This document shows positions 54,487 through 64,000 of a stretch of DNA of 64,000 nucleotides, piece by piece (position 1 is the stretch's first letter; each line of letters starts with the position of its first letter). The position numbers were made by a program, and so were the translations under genes. Source of the DNA: a virus; IMG/VR virus record IMGVR_UViG_3300028766_000004, positions 24,969 through 88,968 of that record, one strand, 5' to 3'. The notes below the pieces were generated by a model. It ran no database searches, had not been told where the DNA came from, and saw only the letters and a program-made list of their open reading frames with translations.

Positions 54487-54867
54487 TTAATACAAGCCTG
54501 ATGCTCTTACCGTACATGCGGTTTGTGCCACAGTTGGTACTATTTGAATGAACCCAGCGCCTATAACCGAAACAACCCTTGTTTGACCAGCAGTCATAAC
54601 AACATTGTTGGTTTGATCGCTAAAGAAGTTGACGCCATCCCATGATTGGTTAATGCTGAAAGTGGCAGATATGTTCGCTGTAATCGCAACAACAACAGTG
54701 GTTGGTCTTCCAAAACACAGCGATATAATACCAGTTGTTGCGAGGGCGCTATTATTTACAAGTAATTGGTCGAAGTTGTTGGTGTTTACATCACCATACG
54801 GAAACTTCGATCTAAAATAACGCCATGAAGCATCGTGTTGTGAGTTTACTGATGTTGGACTAGGCAT
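54487..54867 (-). CDS. Small beta-rich (jelly-roll-like) protein
   Basis: QSWDGVNF motif resembles repeats in 48251-49714. Confidence 0.5.
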   Translation of the reverse strand: MPSPTSVNSQHDASWRYFRSKFPYGDVNTNNFDQLLVNNSALATTGIISLCFGRPTTVVVAITANISATFSINQSWDGVNFFSDQTNNVVMTAGQTRVVSVIGAGFIQIVPTVAQTACTVRASGLY

Positions 54868-55012
54868 GACATTTCCCCTTCTTTAAAACCTTTTTAATAG
54901 TCTGCCCACAAGGGACACACAAAAAAACATTAAACGTTCCGCCACACCTATTTGTACGTTTAGTCCAATAAATCATTGGTTTTGCACACATCTGACATAG
55001 CGGACAATCCAT
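54860..55012 (-). CDS. Small Zn-ribbon protein (50 aa, not in ORF track)
   Basis: MDCPLCQMCAKPM...FLCVPCGQ. Confidence 0.5.
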   Translation of the reverse strand: MDCPLCQMCAKPMIYWTKRTNRCGGTFNVFLCVPCGQTIKKVLKKGKCHA

Positions 55013-55438
55013 TTAACTAAGCAGTCCGAGATTAACAGCAAGTTTATATATATTCTTCTCTGAAACTTCGGCAACTTCCCGTTCTTGATACCTGTCTGTG
55101 TATAACCTGTTAAAAACCTGTTCCCAACTCCCCTTCGTAAAAGCAGTTACACGCTTCAATCCAAGGTTGGCAGCGAATCGGGGGGTTAACCCTTGTTTGA
55201 CGATTACCACGTTCAACAGTGGGCTATATTCAATACTGATAGTGTCGTGTCTCAAGAAGTATGTACCATCAGAAGCAAATTGTCCAAAGGCGATAGCCAG
55301 TTGCACAGCTTTTGGAGCGATTGTTTTCAATCCTTCTTTGACGCGTTCTTCCATTCGTTCAGTCATCTGTTCTGCCGCTGTAAGCTCTACTGTTTCTTCC
55401 ACTTCAACACCATCCACGATCTTTTTCTGTCTAGCCAT
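55013..55438 (-). CDS. Hypothetical protein
   Basis: 141 aa, SD GAGG. Confidence 0.55.
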   Translation of the reverse strand: MARQKKIVDGVEVEETVELTAAEQMTERMEERVKEGLKTIAPKAVQLAIAFGQFASDGTYFLRHDTISIEYSPLLNVVIVKQGLTPRFAANLGLKRVTAFTKGSWEQVFNRLYTDRYQEREVAEVSEKNIYKLAVNLGLLS

Positions 55439-55544
55439 TTTATCCTCTAATTTCTGGAGCTGAGCTACGCCAGCAGTATTTTACATTATACACCAACGCT
55501 GTTAACTAAGCATTTGCAGCACGGTTAACAGCGTTGATATGTGT

Positions 55545-55796
55545 TTAGTAACTTGAAGGACGATGGTAAACAGACACATTTCCACCATTGTGGAATGGGT
55601 TTGTGCTCTTAACAGAGTCGTAATTCTTGCCGATCAAACCACTATTCAAAGCCTTGCGAACAGCACCGCTCACCTGAGTAGAGCTGAATCCTGCGGATTC
55701 CAGTCTTTCACGGATATCATTCGTGGTGAACGTATTTCCACGCCTGATGTGCTTTACGTAACCTTCAAGAACACTATATGGATTTGCATAAGACAT
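55545..55796 (-). CDS. Small winged-HTH-like protein
   Basis: FTTNDIR...VSGAVRKALNSGLI. Confidence 0.5.
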   Translation of the reverse strand: MSYANPYSVLEGYVKHIRRGNTFTTNDIRERLESAGFSSTQVSGAVRKALNSGLIGKNYDSVKSTNPFHNGGNVSVYHRPSSY

Positions 55797-55846
55797 ATCG
55801 AGTGTCTCCTTCTGGGATAATTCCCATGATCAATATACCCGGATGA

Positions 55847-56116
55847 TTATTCCCTGTGCATTGCATCTGGGTTTTTGGGGTCTATCTTCAATCCCTTAGT
55901 TGGGTCAGATGGGTTAGAGTAGAATGCTCCAGCTCTGGCTGTCCATCCACCGCCTTTGAAGAAGATTTGCGGAGCGGACTCGATAGTTCTCTTAGCTTGG
56001 TTGAGGCAAGATGGGCATTCTGCGTTATCTAAGAACTCTGATGCCTTAGAGATAGTCGAGTAGTGGCGCTCAAAACGATCACCACATAATTCACATGCAT
56101 ATATATAATTAGGCAT
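55847..56116 (-). CDS. FmdB-family zinc-ribbon protein
   Basis: MPNYIYACELCG..FE...CPSC....R...FKGGGW. Confidence 0.8.
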   Translation of the reverse strand: MPNYIYACELCGDRFERHYSTISKASEFLDNAECPSCLNQAKRTIESAPQIFFKGGGWTARAGAFYSNPSDPTKGLKIDPKNPDAMHRE

Positions 56117-56411
56117 TACTTTCAATCCTCGGTAGGTGTTTCCCTCTTCGTCTTTTATTGGTCAGGGCTGTCGCTACCTTAATATCATGTTCTGTACAAA
56201 CTACAAAAACCCCAATGAGAGCAAAGAGTCTGCCATCATCAGGGGCTATCTCCATCAGTGATAAGTTGTATGAATCTCCAACTCTATCTAGCACTTTAAT
56301 ACATGCTACATGGCGTGGACTATTCATACTCCTAAAGGCTTTATAATAATCTGGAAAAAGTAAACCCCACGTTCCGTCTATTAGAGAAAAACAAGTACCA
56401 ATTTCAATCAC
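56109..56411 (-). CDS. Hypothetical protein
   Basis: 100-aa ORF. Confidence 0.45.
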   Translation of the reverse strand: MIEIGTCFSLIDGTWGLLFPDYYKAFRSMNSPRHVACIKVLDRVGDSYNLSLMEIAPDDGRLFALIGVFVVCTEHDIKVATALTNKRRRGKHLPRIESNA

Positions 56412-56460
56412 GTATTTTCCTGTATAACAATATATTTACGTGCTGATTATACCCGGCTTG

Positions 56461-56883
56461 TCAAATGGTGATATCAAAATCACGTTTAGGCTTCCCTACC
56501 ATTTTATCAGCGAATCTATTACAAGCTCTTTCTTCACGCTCAATCTGTTCCTTTAATGGCTTATCTCTCCAAACCAAACCTCTATTTCCACGATGATAGC
56601 TGTAATATTGGTGTTTTAACTCGTGCGCGATGACCCAACGAAATTGTTTAGCAGTCCATTTTTTGAATTTTCCGTCTTCCCACCCACCAAAAAAAATTAC
56701 AACATCGTTAGTTGTAATGGCAACTCCATACGCATCAACTCCGTTTTGGCAATAGTTTGGTTTCTTCTTTTCAGGGTTGTCTGCATACTCAACAGTTATA
56801 TATGGGTTAACACGTAGGTGGTCGAGTATTTTTTGAATCCATTTCAACGGTAATTTCACTTTGGTGTTGTTGGTAAGTTGCAT
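56461..56883 (-). CDS. HExxH metallopeptidase-like protein
   Basis: VIAHELKH...EERACNRFA. Confidence 0.65.
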   Translation of the reverse strand: MQLTNNTKVKLPLKWIQKILDHLRVNPYITVEYADNPEKKKPNYCQNGVDAYGVAITTNDVVIFFGGWEDGKFKKWTAKQFRWVIAHELKHQYYSYHRGNRGLVWRDKPLKEQIEREERACNRFADKMVGKPKRDFDITI

Positions 56884-56903
56884 CGGTACACCATCTTTTC
56901 AAG

Positions 56904-57911
56904 TTATTTATGACAGCGATACTTTAATGTTTCCATTTTGAACTCTTCATTGTATGGTTTCATATTCATTATAGCCTCAGCAACCTCCGCTGTGGTAGCT
57001 TCATCTGGGTCTTTTCCTTTCAAAAATGTTACATAGACTTCCACAAAACCTTCAAGCGAGTCGGCCAGCGACTTAATTTCAGGCAGCGCATCCATATCCC
57101 AAAAAATCAAAACTTTCCTAAATCTTCGCATGATTGTTTGTATGCCAGTTTCAGTGAGATGTTTCCCAAATGTTGCGCCGACTTCATTAAATCCTGCACG
57201 TTTTACGCCCCAAGCATCAAACACACCTTCTACGAGGATAACAAAATCAGATTCAGCTGGAACATTGTCATAGTTAAAGATGTATTCGCCAATCTTAATA
57301 CCTTCATTAAAAAGATACTTATAGGCATTGCATGGGTACATCGCTCGCCCTTGAAAGGCTACGAGTTTGCCTTGAAAATAGATTGGAACTATCATTCTTC
57401 GTGAATACTTCCCGCTGATGCAATATCCTAGAAAGTATTCATTGCACATAACTTGCGTTATTTTTCTATCCTTCATGTATTTAGGACAGCGTTCTTCCCA
57501 CTTTTCGGGTGTTAAACCAAACAACTGAACATACCCTTCCGGCCATGTTACAGTAATTTCTGTCACAACATCTGGAGCATCTATTTGGATTTCGTTCAAT
57601 CGTTTGTGAAAATCTTCTAATGTTCCATATAACGGGTCTGGATTCCTATCAAACAGTTGGTCTGCTGCCTCACCGTCTGTGAGATTCTCAATCATTGCAT
57701 ACAATTCAAAGAAACTATACGCCTTCTGTTCGTTGTGACAATAGCAATCACCCTTTTTAGTCTTTCCTTTATCCTCGTAGGCTATATAAAGACGCCCTTT
57801 ACTATCAGAGCACATCGGGCAGTCGAACCTCACGTCTGGAAATGGAGCCTCTTTCACATCGAAGTGAGACTCCAGCCAGTCTTTAATATCGATTTTTATT
57901 TTATTGTCCAT
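56904..57911 (-). CDS. DNA primase (Zn finger + Toprim)
   Basis: CPMC..CH, FQGRA, LVEGVFDA, DMD, KDPD. Confidence 0.9.
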   Translation of the reverse strand: MDNKIKIDIKDWLESHFDVKEAPFPDVRFDCPMCSDSKGRLYIAYEDKGKTKKGDCYCHNEQKAYSFFELYAMIENLTDGEAADQLFDRNPDPLYGTLEDFHKRLNEIQIDAPDVVTEITVTWPEGYVQLFGLTPEKWEERCPKYMKDRKITQVMCNEYFLGYCISGKYSRRMIVPIYFQGKLVAFQGRAMYPCNAYKYLFNEGIKIGEYIFNYDNVPAESDFVILVEGVFDAWGVKRAGFNEVGATFGKHLTETGIQTIMRRFRKVLIFWDMDALPEIKSLADSLEGFVEVYVTFLKGKDPDEATTAEVAEAIMNMKPYNEEFKMETLKYRCHK

Positions 57912-58561
57912 TAGGATTCACGTTCGACAGCCTCTATGAAGTCGTAAATACTAGTGATTACAGTGAGTCTTGCACGAAATTCGTGATGAACTCTCATTAC
58001 TTCTTCAAGTTCATCCTTTTGGTAAAGGGATAAGAGGAAGAAGCTGTGTGTTTCTGGAGAAGCTTTCATAACGTCTATCACGTTAGAAGCTTTGTCATCC
58101 ACAAAGTAGTCAGCTTTCAGTGCCTTACAAATCAGCCCTTTGTGTTTGGTGACAATGATGTGAGGATATTTCAACCAGCCGTTTTTTGCCAACCAGTAGG
58201 CGGATTGATCTTCAACGCTCATTCCAAGCGTACCTCCCCTCGTGGTGCAAAAATATACAGTGCGCTGTAGATTGTTATTACCAATACGTTCCCAAAACTC
58301 TTGAACAATTCCTTCAATAATTTCTGGCTCTTTAAGCCAGAAGTTTTCAACTTCCGAAATCTTTCCCCAAAATTCATTCTCTTGTTCTGTAGAAATACCG
58401 AGGCTTTGGAAACCCCATGTTTGTGCATCAACACCTCTAATTGGTAGTTCTGGCTTTCCGTAAAACTGTTTAAGTAGTTTGGTTGCTGGTAGATAGAAGT
58501 CTGATAAGACTCCATCGAGGTCGCTAACAATTACTTGTCCACACTGCATCTTCTCATCCAT
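57911..58561 (-). CDS. HAD 5'(3')-deoxyribonucleotidase-like protein
   Basis: DLDGVLSDF, TTR, K, FVDDK. Confidence 0.75.
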   Translation of the reverse strand: MDEKMQCGQVIVSDLDGVLSDFYLPATKLLKQFYGKPELPIRGVDAQTWGFQSLGISTEQENEFWGKISEVENFWLKEPEIIEGIVQEFWERIGNNNLQRTVYFCTTRGGTLGMSVEDQSAYWLAKNGWLKYPHIIVTKHKGLICKALKADYFVDDKASNVIDVMKASPETHSFFLLSLYQKDELEEVMRVHHEFRARLTVITSIYDFIEAVERES

Positions 58562-60023
58562 GTATTTTCTTCTTTCCTTTTTTATCGTCTTTGTCTGAGA
58601 ACGCTCCAGAAGCCAGCGCATCCTTCTCAAGTTGCTCTTTTTCACTAAAATCGCCTACATAGAAAGCCATTCGTTTGAAGTCTGTGAGAATTCCTATGCT
58701 GTGATTAGATATGCCGTTACGATTCTTTGGTATATGGAGCATCATTGGTTTTGGTTCGTTATCTGGAAGTTCAAAATAAGCTTTCTTCTGATTTAACGTA
58801 ACAATTAGGTCGGCAACAGAGTTTTTAGAATACGACTCGGCAGAATCTCCATCCGTAATCATCACACCTTCTTCTTGTTTATTCCTTCCAATACGGTTAG
58901 CTTGTGATGCCGTCCAAACTGCACACCGCATTTCCTTGCCCAAATCTCGTAATTCCTTCACACACGTTTGCTGATTTTTCCAATCTTGGTCTCTGCTCTT
59001 TTCCGATGGCGTCAAGAGGTCCACGTAATCCACAACGATAAGTTCTGGAATGAAGTTATAGAGTCTTTTTGCCCTCATAATCTCATTACGAAGAGTGAAT
59101 GCCGACGTCCCCAAAGAACTCAGCTCCCTAAACATCACTTCACCCCACTGAGATGCGCTGTTCTGCCATTTCTCAATGATTCTAGCTCTAACCTCATTAC
59201 GCTCTTGTATGATATAGCTGAGTTCTACTTCAGAAACCATTGAATCTATTCGGTCTAGCAGTAGTTTCTCTGAAAGTTCTAACGAAAAGTAAATAGCGTT
59301 CTTTCCTATAGCTGCACATGCGTTAGATGTTTGCTCTAGCATGACACTTTTCCCGCGTCCTGTCGGCGCAATAACTATACCAATTTCACCGTATTGTAAT
59401 CCGCCTTTACCATAGATTTTATCCAGTGGTGGTATACCTGTTGGGATGAAGGCTATATTATCGAAATCTCCATTAGCTTCGGAAGCCCTATATTCAGTAC
59501 GAGTCTCTAAATCTGCAACAAACCAAGAAGGAGCTATTATAGACACAGGTTCTAAAGCAGTTCCAACAACGTTCGCAATCTCGTCTAAAAGTTTTGAGTC
59601 TTTCTTCTTTGTAGCGTCTGTAACTATATCAGCCGCTTTATGAAGCGCATTTGAAACCTTTTTGAACTTGATAAACGATTGCACTTTGTCTTCAACATAT
59701 TCTGGGTCCGATGGGTCGTCTTTTATGCTAGTTAGAACCCCGATAATGCTTTCAGCTTTCTCTTTGGTGAAGTTGCTGCCGATTTTCCATTTAAGTTCTT
59801 GTACAAGCGCTTCATTTGAAGGCAGTTTTCCATATTGCTTCCAATAACTAGAGGCAGCATCAACAAGTGGTTTTAATTGATCTCTGAATAGATTCGAGGT
59901 TAGATGTTCAGTGTATGTAGCAGCAAAAACACTGCTTTTGATAAGAAGTCTTACTATATCCAATTCTGTTGCTAGTTCAAACCCTTTATCTGCAAGTGTT
60001 GATTGCGTATTAAAATCATTCAT
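58554..60023 (-). CDS. DnaB-like replicative helicase
   Basis: APTGRGKS, SLEL, VVDYVDLL, TASQANR, KNRNG. Confidence 0.92.
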   Translation of the reverse strand: MNDFNTQSTLADKGFELATELDIVRLLIKSSVFAATYTEHLTSNLFRDQLKPLVDAASSYWKQYGKLPSNEALVQELKWKIGSNFTKEKAESIIGVLTSIKDDPSDPEYVEDKVQSFIKFKKVSNALHKAADIVTDATKKKDSKLLDEIANVVGTALEPVSIIAPSWFVADLETRTEYRASEANGDFDNIAFIPTGIPPLDKIYGKGGLQYGEIGIVIAPTGRGKSVMLEQTSNACAAIGKNAIYFSLELSEKLLLDRIDSMVSEVELSYIIQERNEVRARIIEKWQNSASQWGEVMFRELSSLGTSAFTLRNEIMRAKRLYNFIPELIVVDYVDLLTPSEKSRDQDWKNQQTCVKELRDLGKEMRCAVWTASQANRIGRNKQEEGVMITDGDSAESYSKNSVADLIVTLNQKKAYFELPDNEPKPMMLHIPKNRNGISNHSIGILTDFKRMAFYVGDFSEKEQLEKDALASGAFSDKDDKKGKKKIHG

Positions 60024-60852
60024 TTTCTGTCTCTACGATCTTTGTGTCTCTACGATCTTTGTTTGTAAATAGAATTGATGGGCACATCTCCGATAACCTA
60101 GACGCAATACGTGGGTCTATTCCTTCAGCAACTTCATCTTTTTCTAGATTGCTGTTTATAATCAAAATCTTGTTATTTGAGTACCAGTATTGAAAGATGT
60201 TCATTAACAAGTCTTTAGCGGCGTCACTGAAATGATGTTTCGACAAGTCGTCGATTATAATCACATCGAATTTCTTATGATGATCTATAAACGCGTCTAA
60301 TTCTTTGTATTTGAACACGATTGAATTTACCCGGATAGCCCAATCAAAGGCGTCAATCCACAAAACCGTTTTCTCTCGTTTTCTAAGTTCCCAAGCGATT
60401 GCCGACGATAAAGCTGTCTTGCCGGTGCCTGTTTTTCCTTCTAGAAATCTTCCTTCGTATGGACCTTCAGATAGCCAAACATTGATTTTTTTGTATATTT
60501 CCATCTCGAGTGGGACGTTTGTAGTATTCCACCAATCCAACGGAATCCTTTGAAACCTCGGTGGGATGTCTACATCGATCATCAAGTATGAATACGGAAC
60601 TTTTTCATCAAGAATATATTTCTTTCTGCACTCGTCGCTGCACACAATGAAGTTCTTCGACAAGGATGAGTCGCTAGCTGGTATACCGTTGTTATCTCTG
60701 TAATAACCCATCTTGCTTATTGTTGAGTGTGGAATATCTCCTTTACCACATTCAACACACGTGTATTTAGCTGCTCGTTCTTCTCTAATTTCTTTTAGCG
60801 TTTGTTCAATGGTTTTACGCTGTTTTTCAAACGATTCGTCGATATAAGTCAT
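60016..60852 (-). CDS. DnaC/IstB-like helicase loader
   Basis: IPPRF, GKTGTGKT, IIDDL, SNL, RIASRL. Confidence 0.88.
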   Translation of the reverse strand: MTYIDESFEKQRKTIEQTLKEIREERAAKYTCVECGKGDIPHSTISKMGYYRDNNGIPASDSSLSKNFIVCSDECRKKYILDEKVPYSYLMIDVDIPPRFQRIPLDWWNTTNVPLEMEIYKKINVWLSEGPYEGRFLEGKTGTGKTALSSAIAWELRKREKTVLWIDAFDWAIRVNSIVFKYKELDAFIDHHKKFDVIIIDDLSKHHFSDAAKDLLMNIFQYWYSNNKILIINSNLEKDEVAEGIDPRIASRLSEMCPSILFTNKDRRDTKIVETENE

Positions 60853-60855
60853 AAT

Positions 60856-61986
60856 TTATACATACTTCGATTTAGAAGTAGCCTTTTTCCTTTCAATCTC
60901 TTCTGCTGTCATGTCGTGCCCTTTGTTATCCCCAATGGTTGATTCTTCTTTGATGTATTCGCCAGAAAGGACTTTATATACACCCCTTCCTTTGTCGGGT
61001 TTGTCGGTGAATAACCACCCCATAGAACACGTAAATGTTCCAAACACTTTACCTAAAAGCAAAGGACACTTCGGCATAATGTCTAAAATGCTTTGAAGCT
61101 GCTCAGCAGCTGTTCCTATATCTCCACATTCGGCAATATAAGCACGGATATTTTTCACATGGGTATTATTCTCGCCTTTTCCGTTATACAAAGATTTAGC
61201 TTCCTGAATTTTAGGAAGACGTGGATACTTCACACAAAGCTTGTTCCAGTCCCACATGAAAGCAACGGCGAGCCAATAATCGGTCATTTCTCCACCACTC
61301 CAGTCTCGTTCTTGAAGAGGTTTCTCAGAGTCAACGATTAAGCCATGTTTTAAGTTCTCGTTGTGAACTTTTGTTGCTTTCTTGATCAGACTTTTTGGCA
61401 TGTTCATATCTTGTCCTTCTTTCGCATCATTACTAATTGTTTCATCAGTGGCGGTTGATGCATTATCGGTGGCGGAAGAGATAGAGGAGATAATATGAGT
61501 ATTACTTATATTATTAACTACTAGTATTTCTCTCTCTCTCTTATTGACCACTACATACGGTGGCGACTTGGTGTTTTCGGTGGCGACTACCCCATTATCG
61601 GTGGCGACTACCCCATTATCGGTGGCGAAATCAGCTAATAAACATTCTGGTGTATTTCTTGCTATTACAGCGCCCAAAGCTTCAATTCTTTTATCCATGT
61701 CGGCATAAGAAACGATCGCCTTAGCAACCAAACTATCTTTAAATTGGAGCACAAAACCATTGTATTTATCATGTTTTTCAAAAAGCCTAAACGTTGTCAA
61801 AAATCGCAGACATCTTGCGATATGGTTTGCACCAACTCCAGATATTTTTTGAATGGTTCGAACATTTGGGGATACGTAGTCTTCACCCTTTAGCTCTTCG
61901 AATCGAAGAAGTGCTATGTACACTCTTCCAACCTTACTATCAAAACATGTAAGTGTGTTTATAACTTCAAAAATTGAAACATCCAT
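60856..61986 (-). CDS. Replication initiator protein
   Basis: N-terminal HTH, internal DNA repeats, upstream of loader and helicase. Confidence 0.75.
   Translation of the reverse strand: MDVSIFEVINTLTCFDSKVGRVYIALLRFEELKGEDYVSPNVRTIQKISGVGANHIARCLRFLTTFRLFEKHDKYNGFVLQFKDSLVAKAIVSYADMDKRIEALGAVIARNTPECLLADFATDNGVVATDNGVVATENTKSPPYVVVNKREREILVVNNISNTHIISSISSATDNASTATDETISNDAKEGQDMNMPKSLIKKATKVHNENLKHGLIVDSEKPLQERDWSGGEMTDYWLAVAFMWDWNKLCVKYPRLPKIQEAKSLYNGKGENNTHVKNIRAYIAECGDIGTAAEQLQSILDIMPKCPLLLGKVFGTFTCSMGWLFTDKPDKGRGVYKVLSGEYIKEESTIGDNKGHDMTAEEIERKKATSKSKYV
61446..61629. repeat. Iteron array / putative origin of replication
   Basis: C(G/A)GTGGCG at 61446, 61467, 61558, 61578, 61599, 61620 (20-21 bp spacing) flanking an AT-rich stretch. 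Confidence 0.75.
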
Positions 61987-62388
61987 TTATTTGCCCTTTG
62001 CCATTTTTATCTTATCGAACGCTGTATTTATATAAACCATCAAGTCGATGTTCCCACCCTTATCTGGATGGTTAATCAAAGCCAAAGCTTTGTACGCGGC
62101 TTGGCAAACTTCCCATTGAGCTGTAGGAAGGAGACCTAATACTGCAAACGAATCATTGCTCGCCGGTAAGGGATCATCAATCCATGTAATCAAGTATCCT
62201 AACCGTTCTAGAATCTTGACCGCCACTTCTTGATATTCCAAATCTAAAAACCACTGGTTCAACTCACCACGATAGATTCTCGATTTTGCAGGAATCGTGT
62301 CGTGGAACATTCTAACCATGACACTGTTATACCCGGTCTGTATTGCTATCTTGTCTCCATGCCTAGATAATACTGCTTTGAACGCCAT
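61987..62388 (-). CDS. J-domain (DnaJ-like) protein
   Basis: FAVLGL...AAYKALA..NHPDKGG...INTAF. Confidence 0.85.
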   Translation of the reverse strand: MAFKAVLSRHGDKIAIQTGYNSVMVRMFHDTIPAKSRIYRGELNQWFLDLEYQEVAVKILERLGYLITWIDDPLPASNDSFAVLGLLPTAQWEVCQAAYKALALINHPDKGGNIDLMVYINTAFDKIKMAKGK

Positions 62389-63958
62389 GTTGGTCTTCCT
62401 TAAGACAAACGAGACCCGCTGACGTTTCTTCTAAAATCTGTTCGTAACCCAAATCTCTATATAATTTGAAGTGTGCAAATGTGTGCTCGGTTAAAAAACG
62501 ATGAGTAGTATGAAGGAAGTCGTGAATGTGACACTCTTGTGGTTTCCCCTTCTTCAGCCGCTGCGACCTACCTACTTGTTGCTTACTTTGAGTGTCTCCT
62601 TTGCCTAGCCCCATCCTGAACAAATCGTCTATATTTTCGATTGATACCCCTTCGTCAAAAACACCGGAAGCAAGAATTACCTTGAGTTTACCAGTGATAA
62701 ACCTACTTTTAACCATTTCTCTTCTATCTAAATCATCTTCGCCAGTTAGAACTTCATATTCTATGCCATCGTCTAGTTCTGCTTCCATATTTTTAATGTG
62801 GTCTAAGAATCTAAATAAAACAAGAATTTGCGATCCGTTATCGTATTTTTCTTTAATCTTCATAGCAGCAAAGCGATTTAAATATAAGTTGTTAACAACC
62901 CCAAGATTATATACATCTTGGTACTTCGCATCTTCTGGAATATTATTCGGCTCCGGGATTCTATACCAATGAATGATAGGTCTAGCGATTATACCTAAAC
63001 TTATCAATTCCTGCTCTGGTATCTCATGGATCAATCCTCCGGTAGCCCCAATCAACAATAAATCATCTCCGCTAGCTCTCATAAAAGCTGTTCCAGTCAC
63101 ACCCACTCGATAATATGCATTCTTCATGTAATTACACAATGTATACCAAGTGTCACTCGAAGCGTGATGGCACTCGTCCATCAACAAGACTCTGATTCTG
63201 TTTGCGAATTCCACTGCTTCTGGGAGTGCTGGAATCTTCTCTTTTTTGGATTTTTTATCCAAACTAAGGAGACTTATCAGACTTTGGGTCATTGCAATAG
63301 TAACTCGTCTTGGTTCAAACACTCCACCCATGATGAGACCTACATCTTCACCCAACATGGCTTCAACCTCGTCGTGTAATTGTTTGGCGATAGATTTGTT
63401 ATTGATAAGGATTACGGCTGGCTCTGGAACGAGTTTACACACAGCGCTAAGTACGCTGCTCTTACCTCCAGATGTTGGAATCTGGATAACCCCTCGTTCA
63501 TACTTTAAAACCGCTCCTACGGCCTCAGATTGATGACCCCACAAGGTTCGTGTCTTTGTAGCATCCTTCGGATCAATCAGGCTTACCCTAGAAACATCAT
63601 CTGGGCTTGGACGTAGGCAAGGAGACCTTTCATCGATATAAACGGCCTGCAAGCCATTCTGTTCCAGTACAGATGCTACTACAGTGAGGCATCCTGTAGG
63701 GAAATACGGTTTGCCTAGCTTCCCACCCAACAAGAGATGTTTTTTTCCATCCCAGACTCGACGCGCACCACAAACCGGGCATTTCCCAGACCACGCATTA
63801 ATCTTCTGAAATCCACCCGGACACCGTTGACATATCCGATACAGCTTGCTCATGAAGAAGCCGGGAATGTAGTAAGACAGTGCCTTATCAACCTCAACCC
63901 TTGGGAAGTCCCCTTCAATGAAAGTATTGATATTTTGTATGCGTAGAACAGTTTTCAT
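62363..63958 (-). CDS. SF2 DEAD/DEAH helicase (UvsW/XPB-like)
   Basis: PTSGGKS, DECHH, TGT, FDEGV, QQVGRSQR. Confidence 0.9.
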   Translation of the reverse strand: MKTVLRIQNINTFIEGDFPRVEVDKALSYYIPGFFMSKLYRICQRCPGGFQKINAWSGKCPVCGARRVWDGKKHLLLGGKLGKPYFPTGCLTVVASVLEQNGLQAVYIDERSPCLRPSPDDVSRVSLIDPKDATKTRTLWGHQSEAVGAVLKYERGVIQIPTSGGKSSVLSAVCKLVPEPAVILINNKSIAKQLHDEVEAMLGEDVGLIMGGVFEPRRVTIAMTQSLISLLSLDKKSKKEKIPALPEAVEFANRIRVLLMDECHHASSDTWYTLCNYMKNAYYRVGVTGTAFMRASGDDLLLIGATGGLIHEIPEQELISLGIIARPIIHWYRIPEPNNIPEDAKYQDVYNLGVVNNLYLNRFAAMKIKEKYDNGSQILVLFRFLDHIKNMEAELDDGIEYEVLTGEDDLDRREMVKSRFITGKLKVILASGVFDEGVSIENIDDLFRMGLGKGDTQSKQQVGRSQRLKKGKPQECHIHDFLHTTHRFLTEHTFAHFKLYRDLGYEQILEETSAGLVCLKEDQHGVQSSII

Positions 63959-64000
63959 AAATAAAAATATGGGTAGATGTTTTTTTTACACCCACCCAAA

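Noticed and set aside
55832-56457. CCGGGTATA(A/T)T seen twice as a phage-specific promoter
   Set aside because: Only two copies and no consistent -35; may be ordinary -10 boxes
56461-56883. HExxH peptidase as the maturase for the ubiquitin-like protein
   Set aside because: 30 kb away, a common phage family, no JAB motif and no linking evidence
61446-61629. Spaced repeats as a CRISPR or mini-array
   Set aside because: 8-21 bp units inside an initiator CDS with no unique spacers; they fit iterons
1-64000. Plus-strand ORFs and nested minus-strand ORFs in the track
   Set aside because: They are shadows of well-supported minus-strand genes, with no motifs or RBS

Overview
This window is a segment of a large tailed-phage (myovirus) genome, with essentially all genes on the minus strand. 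Read from high to low coordinates it contains five blocks. (1) A lambda-style replication module: SF2 helicase, J-domain protein, initiator with iterons, DnaC-like loader, DnaB helicase, HAD nucleotidase and primase. (2) Small accessory genes: HNH nucleases, a dual-specificity phosphatase, a Nudix hydrolase and tRNA-Ser. (3) A beta-rich virion-protein cluster, then terS/terL, an intein-containing portal and about 16 kb of large putative head-internal or cargo genes. (4) Prohead protease, scaffold and an SPO1/Twort-like major capsid protein, then an IS605 (tnpA+tnpB) element inside a homing-endonuclease gene. (5) Neck, sheath, tube, tail chaperones, tape measure and baseplate. The most striking finding is a stand-alone gene (25222-26226) whose two termini align in register with ubiquitin, including a di-Gly followed by an 8-residue tail. 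It is split by a ~255-aa virion-type insert that shares 108 identical bp with the tail sheath gene. Next to it lies a 1345-aa HipA/PI4K-like kinase plus ADP-ribosyltransferase-like protein carrying a candidate head-targeting motif. All calls are by-eye motif recognition; no database searches were run.
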